Assembly (NCBI GenBank): GCA_963765675.1
Contig: CAVXXK010000006.1
Span: 288,001-352,000, forward strand
Reading direction: 5' to 3'
From: an uncultured delta proteobacterium
GTDB taxonomy: Bacteria; Desulfobacterota; Binatia; Binatales; Binataceae
DNA length: 64,000 nucleotides
Shown here: piece after piece, positions 10,559 through 20,413 of the stretch
How positions within the stretch are numbered: the stretch's first letter is position 1
How the letters are laid out: every line of letters starts with the position of its first letter
Translations under genes and position numbers: made by a program
Notes under the pieces: model-generated
Seen by the model: the letters and a program-made list of their open reading frames with translations, nothing else
What the model was told of the DNA's origin: nothing
The model's database searches: none

Positions 10559-11365
10559 ATGCCAGCGGTAAATTTCGAGACACGCAATCATATCGCCTAC
10601 CTCACTCTCAACCGGCCCGAGGTTCACAACTCGTTCAATCCCGAAACGATCGTGCGACTGGGCGAAGCGTGGCAGCAGATCAGCACCGACGACGACGTGC
10701 GCGCCGTGATTATCACCGGCGCGGGCAAAGTCGCGTTCTCGGCCGGCGCTGATTTGGGCAAACTCATTCCGCTCTTCACCGGCGCGCGCAAACCGGCCGA
10801 CGAATGGGACGAAAAGCTCCTGGCGAACCGCAAACTGGGCGACGCCGCGCTGCTGCGCAATTTTAATCTCGACAAGCCGGTCATCGCGGCGGTCAACGGC
10901 TTCTGTATCGCCGGTGGGATGGAACTGATCCAGGCGACGGATCTGCGCGTCGCCTCGGACAACGCGAGCTTCGGCCTGCAGGAGGTCAAGTGGGCGATCA
11001 TCCCGGCGGCGGGATCGCTCGCGCGCCTGCAGCGCCAGATTCCTTACTGCAAGGCGATGGAAATCCTGCTGACTGGAAATCGCATCGATGCGCAGGAGGC
11101 GTGGCGGCTCGGCCTGGTCAACTATGTCGTCACGCCCGACAAGCTGATGGCGAAGGCCGAGGAACTGGCCGCGACGATCGCCGCCAACGGCCCGCTCGCA
11201 GTGCGCAAGATCAAAGAGGCGGTGCGGCGCACGTCGGGACGGCCGCTGGAAGAAGCATTCAAGATCGAGAACGAATGCGCGCGCGAGGTGATGCGCTCCG
11301 AAGATGCCAAGGAAGGCCCGCGCTCATTCATGGAGAAGCGCAAGCCCGTCTACAAAGGGCGCTGA
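10559..11365 (+). CDS. Enoyl-CoA hydratase/isomerase (crotonase family)
   Basis: FSAGADL, AVNGFCIAGGME, FGLQEV. Confidence 0.93.
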   Translation: MPAVNFETRNHIAYLTLNRPEVHNSFNPETIVRLGEAWQQISTDDDVRAVIITGAGKVAFSAGADLGKLIPLFTGARKPADEWDEKLLANRKLGDAALLRNFNLDKPVIAAVNGFCIAGGMELIQATDLRVASDNASFGLQEVKWAIIPAAGSLARLQRQIPYCKAMEILLTGNRIDAQEAWRLGLVNYVVTPDKLMAKAEELAATIAANGPLAVRKIKEAVRRTSGRPLEEAFKIENECAREVMRSEDAKEGPRSFMEKRKPVYKGR

Positions 11366-11375
11366 GTTTGATCCT

Positions 11376-12380
11376 CTATGCGCCGGCGAGCGCGCGCATC
11401 GTCGCGGTGTAGTCGCGCGTGAAGGTCGCCGCCGGTCCGATCGGAAACACCACCGGATGGGTCACGCCCGCGGCGCGGAAGCGTGCGATAAATTCGCGTC
11501 CCATGTCCGCGGATCCGAACGCCGCGATTTTGGTCGCATTGGCGTCGCTGATCGCGCCCGGAGCCTCGTCGCGCTTGCCGAGCTGCCACAGCCTGCGCAC
11601 CTCGGCGAATTCGTCCTTGAGTCCGTAGCGCGCGAACATCTTGTTGTAGCTGTCGACGAACGCGTAGCCCGCGAGCTCGCGCTTGAATGACTGAACCGCC
11701 TTGTCCACGTCGGGCGTGATACACATGCGCGCGTAGATTCCGATATCGACACTTCCCGGTGCGCGGCCAGCCTGCGCTTCGCCGGCGCGAATCTCCGCGA
11801 TCATCGGCGCCACCGCGTCGGGCGGCGAGTAGTTCATCAGCACGCCGTCGGCGATTTCGCCCGCCAGCCGCAGCATCGGCGCGTTCAGCACCGCGAGATA
11901 AATCCGTGGCGGGCGCGGCGCGCTGATTCGCATGCCGAGCCGGAAATCGGACTTGTAGATTTCGCCCTGAAACTTCGAGCGCCCCTCGGTGAAGAGCTGG
12001 CGCATGATCGTCACGCACTCGCGCATCGCGGTGACCGGCTTGCGGTACGCCAGTCCGTGCCATCGCTCGACGATCACCGGGCTCGACACGCCCAGCCCCG
12101 CTATCGCACGGCCCTGCGAGTATTCGTTAATCGTCAGAAAGCTCATCGCCATCGCGCCCGGAGTACGAATCTGGATCGGGATCACACCGGTTGAGAGATC
12201 GACCTTGCTGGTGTTGAGTGCGAGCGCGCCAAGGCTGACCAGCGCGTCGGGGCCGGAAACCTCGGCCACCCACAGCGACGAATAACCAAGCTCCTCGGCC
12301 TCTTTGGCAACGGCGAGGCGTTCGCGGACGGGGCCGCTACCGAGCGAAATTTGCAGTCCAAGTTTTGCGGGATCGGACAC
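11376..12380 (-). CDS. LLM-class flavin (possibly F420)-dependent oxidoreductase
   Basis: AEELGYSSLWVAE, GRAIAGLGVS, LAGEIADG luciferase-like pattern. Confidence 0.88.
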   Translation of the reverse strand: MSDPAKLGLQISLGSGPVRERLAVAKEAEELGYSSLWVAEVSGPDALVSLGALALNTSKVDLSTGVIPIQIRTPGAMAMSFLTINEYSQGRAIAGLGVSSPVIVERWHGLAYRKPVTAMRECVTIMRQLFTEGRSKFQGEIYKSDFRLGMRISAPRPPRIYLAVLNAPMLRLAGEIADGVLMNYSPPDAVAPMIAEIRAGEAQAGRAPGSVDIGIYARMCITPDVDKAVQSFKRELAGYAFVDSYNKMFARYGLKDEFAEVRRLWQLGKRDEAPGAISDANATKIAAFGSADMGREFIARFRAAGVTHPVVFPIGPAATFTRDYTATMRALAGA

Positions 12381-12587
12381 AGAATTCTCCTGGAACTCCT
12401 GAGACTTGATGGAGTCCCGCGATTGTCGCGCGAACTCTCCGAGGCCGCAAGCTGACGCTCGAGCGTTCTGGACGAAAGCTGGCGCATCTTATAAGAGAGC
12501 AGTCGCGCAAGGGTAAAGGGGCGTCCCGCATCGAATCCTTTCGCGGGACGCGATCGTACTAGAAGATAGAAGACCGTCGAGGCGAAT

Positions 12588-14277
12588 ATGACCAGGATCA
12601 AAACCATCCTAGCCACCACCGCGATTTTGGTTGCTTTCGCTGTACCGGCTTTCGCGCAATACCAACCGTGGCCGACTCCGTTTCCATCCGCTCCCAACTG
12701 GGGCGACTACGATCAGAGCCACACTTGGCGCGGCGCCGATTGGTGGTGGAACAATAATCCTGCCTGGGTGCGCGCGCACGATCCTGACTGGTGGGGCGAC
12801 TGGGACGATTCGCACGTATGGCGTCCGGCGTCGTGGTGGTGGGAGAACAATCCCGGATGGGTTCGTGCGCATCATCCGGAATGGTGGGGCGATTTCTACC
12901 AGGGCAAATGGTACCCGGCCGGATGGTGGTGGCAGAATCAGCGCGAATGGGCCGCTACGCATCATCCGGAATGGTGGGGCGACTTTGACGGACAGACGTG
13001 GCATCCGGCGCAGTGGTGGTGGATGACGCGCGCGGACTGGGCGCGAGCGCATCATCCGGAGTGGTGGGGCGATTCATGGGAGAACATCTGGTATCCCGCC
13101 GATTGGTGGTGGCAACTCCAACCCGATTGGGCGCGGGCGCATCACCCGGAATGGTGGGGCGACTATTGGCAGGGCACGTGGTACCCGGCCGGATGGTGGT
13201 GGCAGAACCAGCGCGACCTGTGCGAGAAAAATCATCCTGACTGGTGGGGCGCCTTCGACGATCAACACTTCTGGCGGCCCGCCGGATGGTGGTGGCAGAA
13301 CCACGCCGACTGGTGCGAAAAGAATCATCCAGACTGGTGGGGCGCGTTTGATCAGCAGCGCGTCTGGCGTCCTGCTGGATGGTGGTGGGACAACGATCCC
13401 GCGTGGGCACGCCAGAATCATCCTGACTGGTGGGGAGACTACGACGCTCAGCACGTATGGCGTCCGGCGTCGTGGTGGTGGGAGCATAATCCGGAGGAGG
13501 CTCGCGCCAATCACCCCGACTGGTGGGGCGATTTCGACGACAAGCATGTCTGGCACGCCGACGAATGGTGGCAGGCGCGCGATCCAAAGTGGGCCGCGCA
13601 GCATCATCCCGAATGGATCGGCGACTACGACGACAAGCATGTGTGGCACGACGTGAATTGGTGGGCCGCGAAAGATCCGGCCGAAGCGCGGACACGCCAT
13701 CCCGACTGGACGCCGCAACTAAGCCACGCGCTCGACCGCCAGCACCTGCAGGATCAGACCGCGTTGCAGCGCCAGCATACCAACCAGTTACGAGATCTCG
13801 AGACCCAGCAGACCGAGCAGCGCAACAACGAAGAACGCGCGCGTAACGAACAGCTACGCGCAATCGAGCAAAAGCATCAGCAGCAGGTTGACGCGCTCGA
13901 GCGCCAGCACGTGCAGGAGTCGGCGCAGCAGACCAAGCGCCAGCAGCAGGCGGCTGACGCGGAGCAGAGGCGCAACGACGCGGAGTCGGACGCATCAGGA
14001 CCAAATCGCTGCCTTGCAGCGGCAGCATCAGCAGCAACTCCAGCAGTATCAGCGCCAGCGCGCGCAGCAGGAAAACGCGTCGCGCGACGCGAGAGTCCGC
14101 GCCCGGCAGACGCTGCTGGAGCAGCACGCGCGGGAAACCTCGGCGCTGGAGCAGAAGCATGCCGAGCAGATGAGATCATTCGGGTCGCGCGCCGAGGCGC
14201 GTCCGGCCGAGCCGCGCGCCAGATCGAATCCTCCTGCCGAAAGACGGGAGGTCCCGCCTGCGCGCGACAAGCGCTAG
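12588..14277 (+). CDS. Secreted Trp-rich tandem-repeat protein with Gln-rich coiled-coil tail; 1-nt frameshift near 13986
   Basis: Signal peptide MTRIKTILATTAILVAFAVPAFA; 11 repeats; the Q-rich tail continues in the 13888..14277 frame and stops just before a hairpin. Confidence 0.85.
12693..13709 (+). repeat. Coding tandem repeat, 11 units of 90-93 nt
   Basis: Consensus HP(D/E)WWG(D/A)(Y/F)DxxHxWxPAxWWWxNxxxWxxx(H/N) read from the translation. Confidence 0.95.
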
Positions 14278-14289
14278 CTTATGAGGATC

Positions 14290-14324
14290 GCCGGGCGGGG
14301 CAATCAGATCCCGCTCGGCATTTA
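14290..14324. terminator. Hairpin between the convergent Trp-repeat gene and gspN
   Basis: GCCGGGCGGG-N10-CCCGCTCGGC followed by ATTTA. Confidence 0.5.
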
Positions 14325-14344
14325 ACTCGACGCCGTCCTTCTGA

Positions 14345-15205
14345 TCAGCTGAAGTTGGGCGAGCCGAGCGTTCCGCCCAGCGAATAGGGCGCGGTACCCG
14401 GTGGATGCGGCAGGAAGTTCAAGAGAAAGCGCAGCTTCATTCGCGCGGCCGCCGACGGTACCAGCGTGAAATGCAGCGCGAGCGCGCTGTCCCGCCACGC
14501 GGGCGCGAGCTTGATCGCGCCGCTGCCGTTGATCGCCAAGTCACCGCCGGAGGTCTTGAGGCTCGTGATCGAAAGCACGCCCTTTTCGAGCTTCAGCGTC
14601 GCGTCGAGCGCGCCCAGGTCGAGCAGCGGCATCGGTATTCTGAGGCGTCCGGAAAAGTTGGTTGCGCGAAGATGAATCGTTCCTGAGTCCAAGTTGGGAT
14701 CGTCAGGCATCACCAGCATAGAGCCCGTAGCGTCGAGGCTCCCGCCCAGCATCGCGCCGAGCGCGTGCAGGGCTTCGTAGCTGTTCAGATCGACCTTGTC
14801 GGCCGAAAATTTGAGCGCGGTGCCGGAACCGCTGCGATGCGCCGTAATCCTGATCGTTCCCTGGTAGGCGTCCGCGCTCGCGCGGATTCCGGGCCGAAGC
14901 AGCAAAATCGAGAGCAGAGCCGGTGCGATATGCACACTGTCGCTTTCGAATAGCGGGACCGCTCCGGGAGTGTAAGGCGCGATTCTGACTTGCGAGAGTT
15001 TTGCGCCAATTGGAATTGCCAGGCGTTGTCCGCCCGAGCTCACCCGCAGGCCCATCGGCGCCAGCACCGCGGAGAATGCGCTCGCATAGGGGAAGCTCGC
15101 GAACAGGAAGAAAAAGAACAGCACCACCCCCGTTGCAAGGTAGCCCGACTCGAGCCGATGCGTGCGCCAATACTCGAAGGTGAGGAGCTCTCTGAATTCA
15201 GGCAT
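14345..15205 (-). CDS. gspN: Type II secretion protein N
   Basis: Single TM followed by FPY motif and beta-rich periplasmic part; last gene of the gsp operon. Confidence 0.75.
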   Translation of the reverse strand: MPEFRELLTFEYWRTHRLESGYLATGVVLFFFFLFASFPYASAFSAVLAPMGLRVSSGGQRLAIPIGAKLSQVRIAPYTPGAVPLFESDSVHIAPALLSILLLRPGIRASADAYQGTIRITAHRSGSGTALKFSADKVDLNSYEALHALGAMLGGSLDATGSMLVMPDDPNLDSGTIHLRATNFSGRLRIPMPLLDLGALDATLKLEKGVLSITSLKTSGGDLAINGSGAIKLAPAWRDSALALHFTLVPSAAARMKLRFLLNFLPHPPGTAPYSLGGTLGSPNFS

Positions 15206-15842
15206 TGTGACCGAGCGCGACGCAGGTGATATCGACGTCGTAGGAATGAGTGTCCTGGGTGCGGCGCTGGATGCGCAAGTTCTCGACCCCGACCGGCACC
15301 GGCATCGTGCGCACGGAGTAGAGCGCGTCCACGATTTGCGCCAGGCTCACGTTCTCGAGCTTCAACTGTACGCTGTATTGCACCAGGCCGTCGGAGAGCT
15401 TCTTGTCCTCGGCCGGAGTGATCGAGGAAATCTTGCCGCGGCCGACGCTTTTGGTGAACGACGCTTCCACCACTGAAAACAGCGAGAAGTCCCTGCCTTG
15501 CGGAACGGTGCTGTGCTCGGCGCTTTCGAGGTCGGCCTTGACCGCCGCGTAGTTTGCCGCCAGATGCCGTACGCTGCCCAAGTCGTGTTCGCGCTCGGCT
15601 AGCCGCTGGTCGAGGCCCGAGTCGAAATCGACGATCGGAGAGTAGACGAGGTTATAAAGCAGGAAGATCGCGACCAACGCGGCGCCGATTTGAACCAGCA
15701 CGCGCTCGCGGGTCTCGAGCTTCTGATAACGCGCGCGGCTCTGCGCAATCAGCGGGTCGACCCGGTCGCGCAGTTGATCGATCTGCGGTCCGAGCGTCGC
15801 GCGGATCCACGCTTCGAGCTTTTGTATATATTCGCGCAGCAT
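15198..15842 (-). CDS. gspM: Type II secretion protein M
   Basis: LETRERVLV + TM + coiled coil + ferredoxin-like C-terminus; position after gspL. Confidence 0.78.
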   Translation of the reverse strand: MLREYIQKLEAWIRATLGPQIDQLRDRVDPLIAQSRARYQKLETRERVLVQIGAALVAIFLLYNLVYSPIVDFDSGLDQRLAEREHDLGSVRHLAANYAAVKADLESAEHSTVPQGRDFSLFSVVEASFTKSVGRGKISSITPAEDKKLSDGLVQYSVQLKLENVSLAQIVDALYSVRTMPVPVGVENLRIQRRTQDTHSYDVDITCVALGHNA

Positions 15843-15846
15843 CGCT

Positions 15847-17313
15847 TCAGTCGGCTCCGCCGTCCGAGTCTTTGAAGTCCGCACTCATTCGGAACTCGAC
15901 CTTGCTTGCGTCCTCGCCGGCGCGCGCGTGGGTGACCTCGATCGCGCCGAAATTGCCGCCCAGGTCGAGCGCGTGCTTGACCTCGTCAACCGAGGTGAAC
16001 GAATCGGCAAGTCCGGTCACGCGGAGTCCCGTGGCGTCGATTTGTACGTCTTCCAACTGGACGGGCAGGCGCTTGGGAATCGCGTCGGAGAGCGCGCGCA
16101 GCGTCTCGAGCGGCGAGTTGCGCGCGACGTTTCCGCCGATCAGGCGCAGGCGCTTGTTCATCGAGGCGATACCGCTGCGCAACTCCCGCATCGGATCGGC
16201 GGGGTTGCTTTCGCCCAATACAGGACCGGCGATCGCGGCTATCTGCGAGTCGAGCACGCTCAGGCGATGCAGCTTGCCGATCACTCCTGAAGCGAAATTC
16301 AGTAGAATCAGAAACACCACGCAGGCGGCGAGGATCGCGGGAGTGTAGAACGGTGTCAGGTCGCCGCGCGTGCTTCCACGAAAGGCGAAGGCCGCCTGGC
16401 GGAAGTTCAGCAACGCCACCGGCTTGGTCGGCAGCTCCCCCACCAACATCGCGATCGTGGTGCCGAAGCGCGTGATATCGGGCCGCGTACCGCCGAACAT
16501 CGCCGAGCAATCAAACTCGCGCGCCTCGCGCGGAACCAGAGCAACCGCTTCCGCCAGCATTGCCTTGACCCTTGGCATCGCGGCTCCCGCTCCGGTGATG
16601 ATCAGGTCTCCACCTTCGAGTTCGGCGGCATGCGCCAGCATCGTTTGCCGCAGAGCGTTGACGACCGGGGTAGCCTGCGCGGGCGTGGGCGCTGCGCCGT
16701 CCGCGTTGATCAACCCGCCGCCAACGGTTCGCATCACGCGCGGAATTCCCTCGACATCGAGCAGCACCATCGAGGTCGAATCCTGCTCAGCTTCGACCAC
16801 CAGGTGCGGCGTCGGACGCGTGCCGTTGCGCGCCCGCGAGAACATCGCGGCCAGAGCGTAGGGCGCGAGCGTCACGGTCTTGGGGTCGAGACCCGCGCGG
16901 GCAAGCAACTCCAGATGATGCTGCATCTCCTGTTTGCGCGCGAATGCGGCCAGCACCAGCGACCTGTCGCCGTCAGTGCCCAGGCGCGTGAACGCGATGA
17001 CAGCTCCATCGACCGGGAACGGCAGATGCTCTTCGAGCGCGAACGGAACCACCTGATGCAGCCGGCGCAAATCGCCGAACGGCAACTCGAGAATTCTTTT
17101 GGTGACCGCCTCTGAAGGGAGCGCGGAGATCAGGATATCGGGGCGCCCGGATTTCTCGGTCAGGCGCAACAACGCCGGCACGACATCGGTCTCGTCGGGC
17201 TGCTGATGGGCTTCAAAAACGCCGACGAAATCGAACGTATTCCAGGTGCGATTCGCGGCTGCGGCGCGTACCCGTTCTCCGGCGATCTCGAGAGCAATAA
17301 TACGCTGAGGCAT
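15847..17313 (-). CDS. gspL: Type II secretion protein L
   Basis: Actin-like cytoplasmic domain (LPF...VPFALEEHLPF), NFR motif, TM, periplasmic domain. Confidence 0.82.
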   Translation of the reverse strand: MPQRIIALEIAGERVRAAAANRTWNTFDFVGVFEAHQQPDETDVVPALLRLTEKSGRPDILISALPSEAVTKRILELPFGDLRRLHQVVPFALEEHLPFPVDGAVIAFTRLGTDGDRSLVLAAFARKQEMQHHLELLARAGLDPKTVTLAPYALAAMFSRARNGTRPTPHLVVEAEQDSTSMVLLDVEGIPRVMRTVGGGLINADGAAPTPAQATPVVNALRQTMLAHAAELEGGDLIITGAGAAMPRVKAMLAEAVALVPREAREFDCSAMFGGTRPDITRFGTTIAMLVGELPTKPVALLNFRQAAFAFRGSTRGDLTPFYTPAILAACVVFLILLNFASGVIGKLHRLSVLDSQIAAIAGPVLGESNPADPMRELRSGIASMNKRLRLIGGNVARNSPLETLRALSDAIPKRLPVQLEDVQIDATGLRVTGLADSFTSVDEVKHALDLGGNFGAIEVTHARAGEDASKVEFRMSADFKDSDGGAD

Positions 17314-17325
17314 CTGAACCCGTCG

Positions 17326-18279
17326 CTAATCTTCCTGCCAGGACATAAGCGTTGCGGTCCCGTTGCCCTGCCGACGGAAAGTCGAGTACACCAGTTTTCT
17401 CGACCCAGCGAAAGTACCCATCGCGCTGATGGTAAAGAAGCTGCTCTTGGTGGTTACGACTTGCATGAGCTGCTGCGAAATCGCGCCCAGATCGGGCAGG
17501 TTTCCGATGTCCGTGACGTTGGTAAACGGCGTCAGCATCCGCGCCGCGACGATCTCTTTGACCATCTTGGGATCGTCCATGAGCTGCGGCAGCAGCGAGG
17601 CCAGAACCTCCGGCGGCGCGGTATTGGCGTTTACAACAGGCTCGGGATAGACGGTCACGAATGGAAGCAGGGTGTTGAAGGTTGCTTCATCGATACCCTT
17701 AATCAGGCGCAAGTCGCCTATCGTCGGCATCATGTTGTTGCGCGGAGAGTAGGGCGGCACCAGGCGCATGTAAAAGTCCATTCCAGCGCCGCCCGGTGAC
17801 TCGATGTTAGCAGGATTGATCCAGTCGGCGATGGCTGGAACGAGCTGAGGCGAGACTCCCAGGATCGTGAACAGCCGCACCAGCTGCTCCGCCAGAGGTT
17901 CGTTCAATTTTCCGTTCTGCTGGTTGATGAGCTGATTCAAATCAACCTTGCGCGCTTCATCGACGATAGACAAAGAGACCTTGCCGCCGTCCACGTCGAT
18001 CGGCGGAAACGGCACCGCCCACACGTCCGTCAGCGCGTCATACGGAGTCTGGCTCAACGAATCCGTGCGTGAGTCCTCAGCCAAAAGGCCGAGTCCGACC
18101 GAGACCGCCGAGCGCGCAAGATAGTACGCGCGCAACTCGTTGGTCTGATTGGCGGCGGACAGGTAGTTCAGCGCGGCGGCGGTGCTGAAATCGACGATGA
18201 TCAATGTCATCAGTGCGATACCCATCAGCACGACCAGCAGCGCGATGCCGCGCTCGCTTTTTTTGAGCTGCTTCACCAT
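17326..18279 (-). CDS. gspK: Minor pseudopilin K
   Basis: ERG|IALLVVL prepilin without E5; DEARKVDLN, IADW, VNANTAP motifs. Confidence 0.92.
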   Translation of the reverse strand: MVKQLKKSERGIALLVVLMGIALMTLIIVDFSTAAALNYLSAANQTNELRAYYLARSAVSVGLGLLAEDSRTDSLSQTPYDALTDVWAVPFPPIDVDGGKVSLSIVDEARKVDLNQLINQQNGKLNEPLAEQLVRLFTILGVSPQLVPAIADWINPANIESPGGAGMDFYMRLVPPYSPRNNMMPTIGDLRLIKGIDEATFNTLLPFVTVYPEPVVNANTAPPEVLASLLPQLMDDPKMVKEIVAARMLTPFTNVTDIGNLPDLGAISQQLMQVVTTKSSFFTISAMGTFAGSRKLVYSTFRRQGNGTATLMSWQED

Positions 18280-18908
18280 ACGGCAATCGACATCGGCAGC
18301 ATCACCTGGGTCGAGAAGCGCAGGTCGCGCCCGTTGGGTGCGGCCATGTCGAGATTGATCGAGACCGCGATCGGAAGCTGGTTGCCGGGAGAGAGGATGT
18401 CAGAGTTCCAGGTATCGCCCCATTGATTGCCATCGAAATAGCGCATCCTGAGCGACAAGACGTTGTCCGCAAGAATGATCGGCGTGGACGCCCCTCCGGT
18501 CGCGAGGCCGCTGCGCTGCGTTCGCTCGAGGATCATCCATCCGCGATGCGACGGGTTCTGGACCAGAGAGTAGGTGACGATATCTTCCGGACTAAAGCCG
18601 GCCAGCGCGCGGCGATGGGCCGCGTCGAGGGTCGAGATCGAGATCGAATTGGCCGCGGACCCGGCGATGAACTGGTCGATGCCGTGGAGCATCACGCGGC
18701 TTTGCGCGGCGGGCGTCTGCACCGCGCCGCGGATCTCGCTGGTCAGCTCCCAGATAATCGAACGGCCGGCACGGTCGGCCCACATTCGTCCCTCAGCGTG
18801 CATCTTGCTGGCGGCGACCGCGTGAAACGAGCTCGCCATCATCGCCATGATGATCGCCAGAATCGCGACTGCGAGCATCATCTCGATCAGCGTGAATCCG
18901 CGCGCCAT
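18273..18908 (-). CDS. gspJ: Minor pseudopilin J
   Basis: G|FTLIE N-methylation site; RYFDG..W..TW..LP C-terminus. Confidence 0.85.
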   Translation of the reverse strand: MARGFTLIEMMLAVAILAIIMAMMASSFHAVAASKMHAEGRMWADRAGRSIIWELTSEIRGAVQTPAAQSRVMLHGIDQFIAGSAANSISISTLDAAHRRALAGFSPEDIVTYSLVQNPSHRGWMILERTQRSGLATGGASTPIILADNVLSLRMRYFDGNQWGDTWNSDILSPGNQLPIAVSINLDMAAPNGRDLRFSTQVMLPMSIAVW

Positions 18909-18938
18909 GCGGCGCGATTGATTGTTGGCGGATCCGGA

Positions 18939-19382
18939 TCATGGTTGGTCTTCGTCGGAGTCGGAATCGCCGTTCTGCGGCTCGACGGGAATCGGGTTGT
19001 GCAGGAACTCCGTCAGCTCGAAGCTCTTTGAATGATTAGGCCCGTAAAAAACGATCACCTGAACCTTGCACACGTCGGGAAAGAATCCCGACATAGTGAC
19101 GATCTGCTCCCAGCTAAAATTCGGATATTCCTTTGGAAACAGGGTCTCGAAGTTGCCCTTGGTCATTCCCGGATCCGGAAATCGCTCCATTTCCGCGACC
19201 GACATGACCGCCTGCGCGAGTTGCGCGGCGCGCGATATGTCCTGCCCGTGGATCACGCTCTGCAGGCTCTGATGATGCAGCGCGAGCAGCGCCAGCAGCG
19301 CGATTCCCAGTACCGCCATCGCGAGCATCACCTCGAGCAGGGTGAAGCCCGCCCGCATCCGACGCTTCAGCTCGGGGGTCAT
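18939..19382 (-). CDS. gspI: Minor pseudopilin I
   Basis: G|FTLLEVMLA; ATG 19382 overlaps the gspH stop. Confidence 0.82.
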   Translation of the reverse strand: MTPELKRRMRAGFTLLEVMLAMAVLGIALLALLALHHQSLQSVIHGQDISRAAQLAQAVMSVAEMERFPDPGMTKGNFETLFPKEYPNFSWEQIVTMSGFFPDVCKVQVIVFYGPNHSKSFELTEFLHNPIPVEPQNGDSDSDEDQP

Positions 19383-19966
19383 TGCTGCATCACTTGGGCA
19401 AAGGTCTGGTCGCCGGAGACGATCGCCACCTGTCCGGTGAGCGGGTTGAACGCCAGCGTCATCACGTGACCCGACAGATCCATCAGATGGACGAGCGTCG
19501 CGTCGACATAGCCCTCGGGATAGAACTGGCAAGCGACGGAGCCCTTGTCGAAGGTGCCCTGATCGGCGACGGTGACGTCGCGAATCTCGACCGACGGCGG
19601 CATCGCAACTATATTGCCGGCCATCGAATGGTCGGGAACGAATTGAGGATTGGCGGAATAGGGGTCGAGCCGCGCGACGGCGTAGCGCTGATGATCCATG
19701 TCGAAGATCAGCCGCAGCACCACCTTCTGTGTCGCCGCCTCGTCGTACAGATAAGAAACGCGCCCAGCGAGCCGGCGTGATTGGCTCTTTAGAGCAGCCT
19801 GCCGGTAGCCGCCCATGTACGGAATCGCGAGCGTGAACATCAGCGCCATTATGAAAATGACGATCGCGAGTTCGAGCAGAGTAAATCCGCGCTCGGCCGA
19901 AAGCCTTCCCGCGATCGCTCGGCGCGAAGTTCCGGCCCCGATGCACGAGTGAAGCGTGCGCCTCAT
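19379..19966 (-). CDS. gspH: Minor pseudopilin H
   Basis: G|FTLLE; FYPEG and NPLTGQV motifs. Confidence 0.82.
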   Translation of the reverse strand: MRRTLHSCIGAGTSRRAIAGRLSAERGFTLLELAIVIFIMALMFTLAIPYMGGYRQAALKSQSRRLAGRVSYLYDEAATQKVVLRLIFDMDHQRYAVARLDPYSANPQFVPDHSMAGNIVAMPPSVEIRDVTVADQGTFDKGSVACQFYPEGYVDATLVHLMDLSGHVMTLAFNPLTGQVAIVSGDQTFAQVMQQ

Positions 19967-19973
19967 AGATTAC

Positions 19974-20390
19974 TCAGGACGAACTACCATCAATATCGTC
20001 GGCGCTTTGGACTCCGTCGGGTCCAAAGGATTTGAGCGAGTAGGTGTTGCCGTCGCTTTGGTAGAAGTACTGATTGCCCCACGGATCGTTCGGTAGTTTC
20101 TCGATATATCCGCCCTGTTCGTAGTTGTTCACCGGACGGCCGGTGGTCGGCGGAGTAACCAGCGCGTTGAGCCCCTGGTCGGTGGTCGGATAGGAACCGT
20201 TGTCCAGATAGTAACGATCCAGTGCCTGCTTTAGCTCCTGGATATCGGCCTGAGCCTTGGTGGTCTTCGCTCGATCGGCGACGCCGCGCAGCCGCGGCAC
20301 GACCATCAGCGCCAGCAGGCCGATAATCATGATGACCACCATTATTTCGATCAGGGTGAAGCCATCTTGATTGCGCAGTCGTGTTCGCAT
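19974..20390 (-). CDS. gspG: Major pseudopilin G
   Basis: G|FTLIEIMVV, YPTTDQGLNAL, LPNDPWG, SFGPDG..DDI. Confidence 0.96.
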   Translation of the reverse strand: MRTRLRNQDGFTLIEIMVVIMIIGLLALMVVPRLRGVADRAKTTKAQADIQELKQALDRYYLDNGSYPTTDQGLNALVTPPTTGRPVNNYEQGGYIEKLPNDPWGNQYFYQSDGNTYSLKSFGPDGVQSADDIDGSSS

Positions 20391-20413
20391 CGTTAAACCT
20401 CGTGGCCCGCCGG

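Noticed and set aside
12381-12587. Trp attenuator or riboswitch upstream of the Trp-rich gene
   Set aside because: Only a 9-bp stem (12521-12551) is visible; I found no Trp-codon leader peptide, T-box or U-tract
12693-13709. Regular 90-93 nt repeats as a CRISPR array
   Set aside because: Units stay in frame, vary mostly at synonymous positions, have no repeat/unique-spacer alternation, and no cas genes are present
13986-14387. C-terminus of the 599-aa ORF as given in the track
   Set aside because: Composition changes abruptly and it overlaps gspN; the +1 frame continues the Gln-rich pattern
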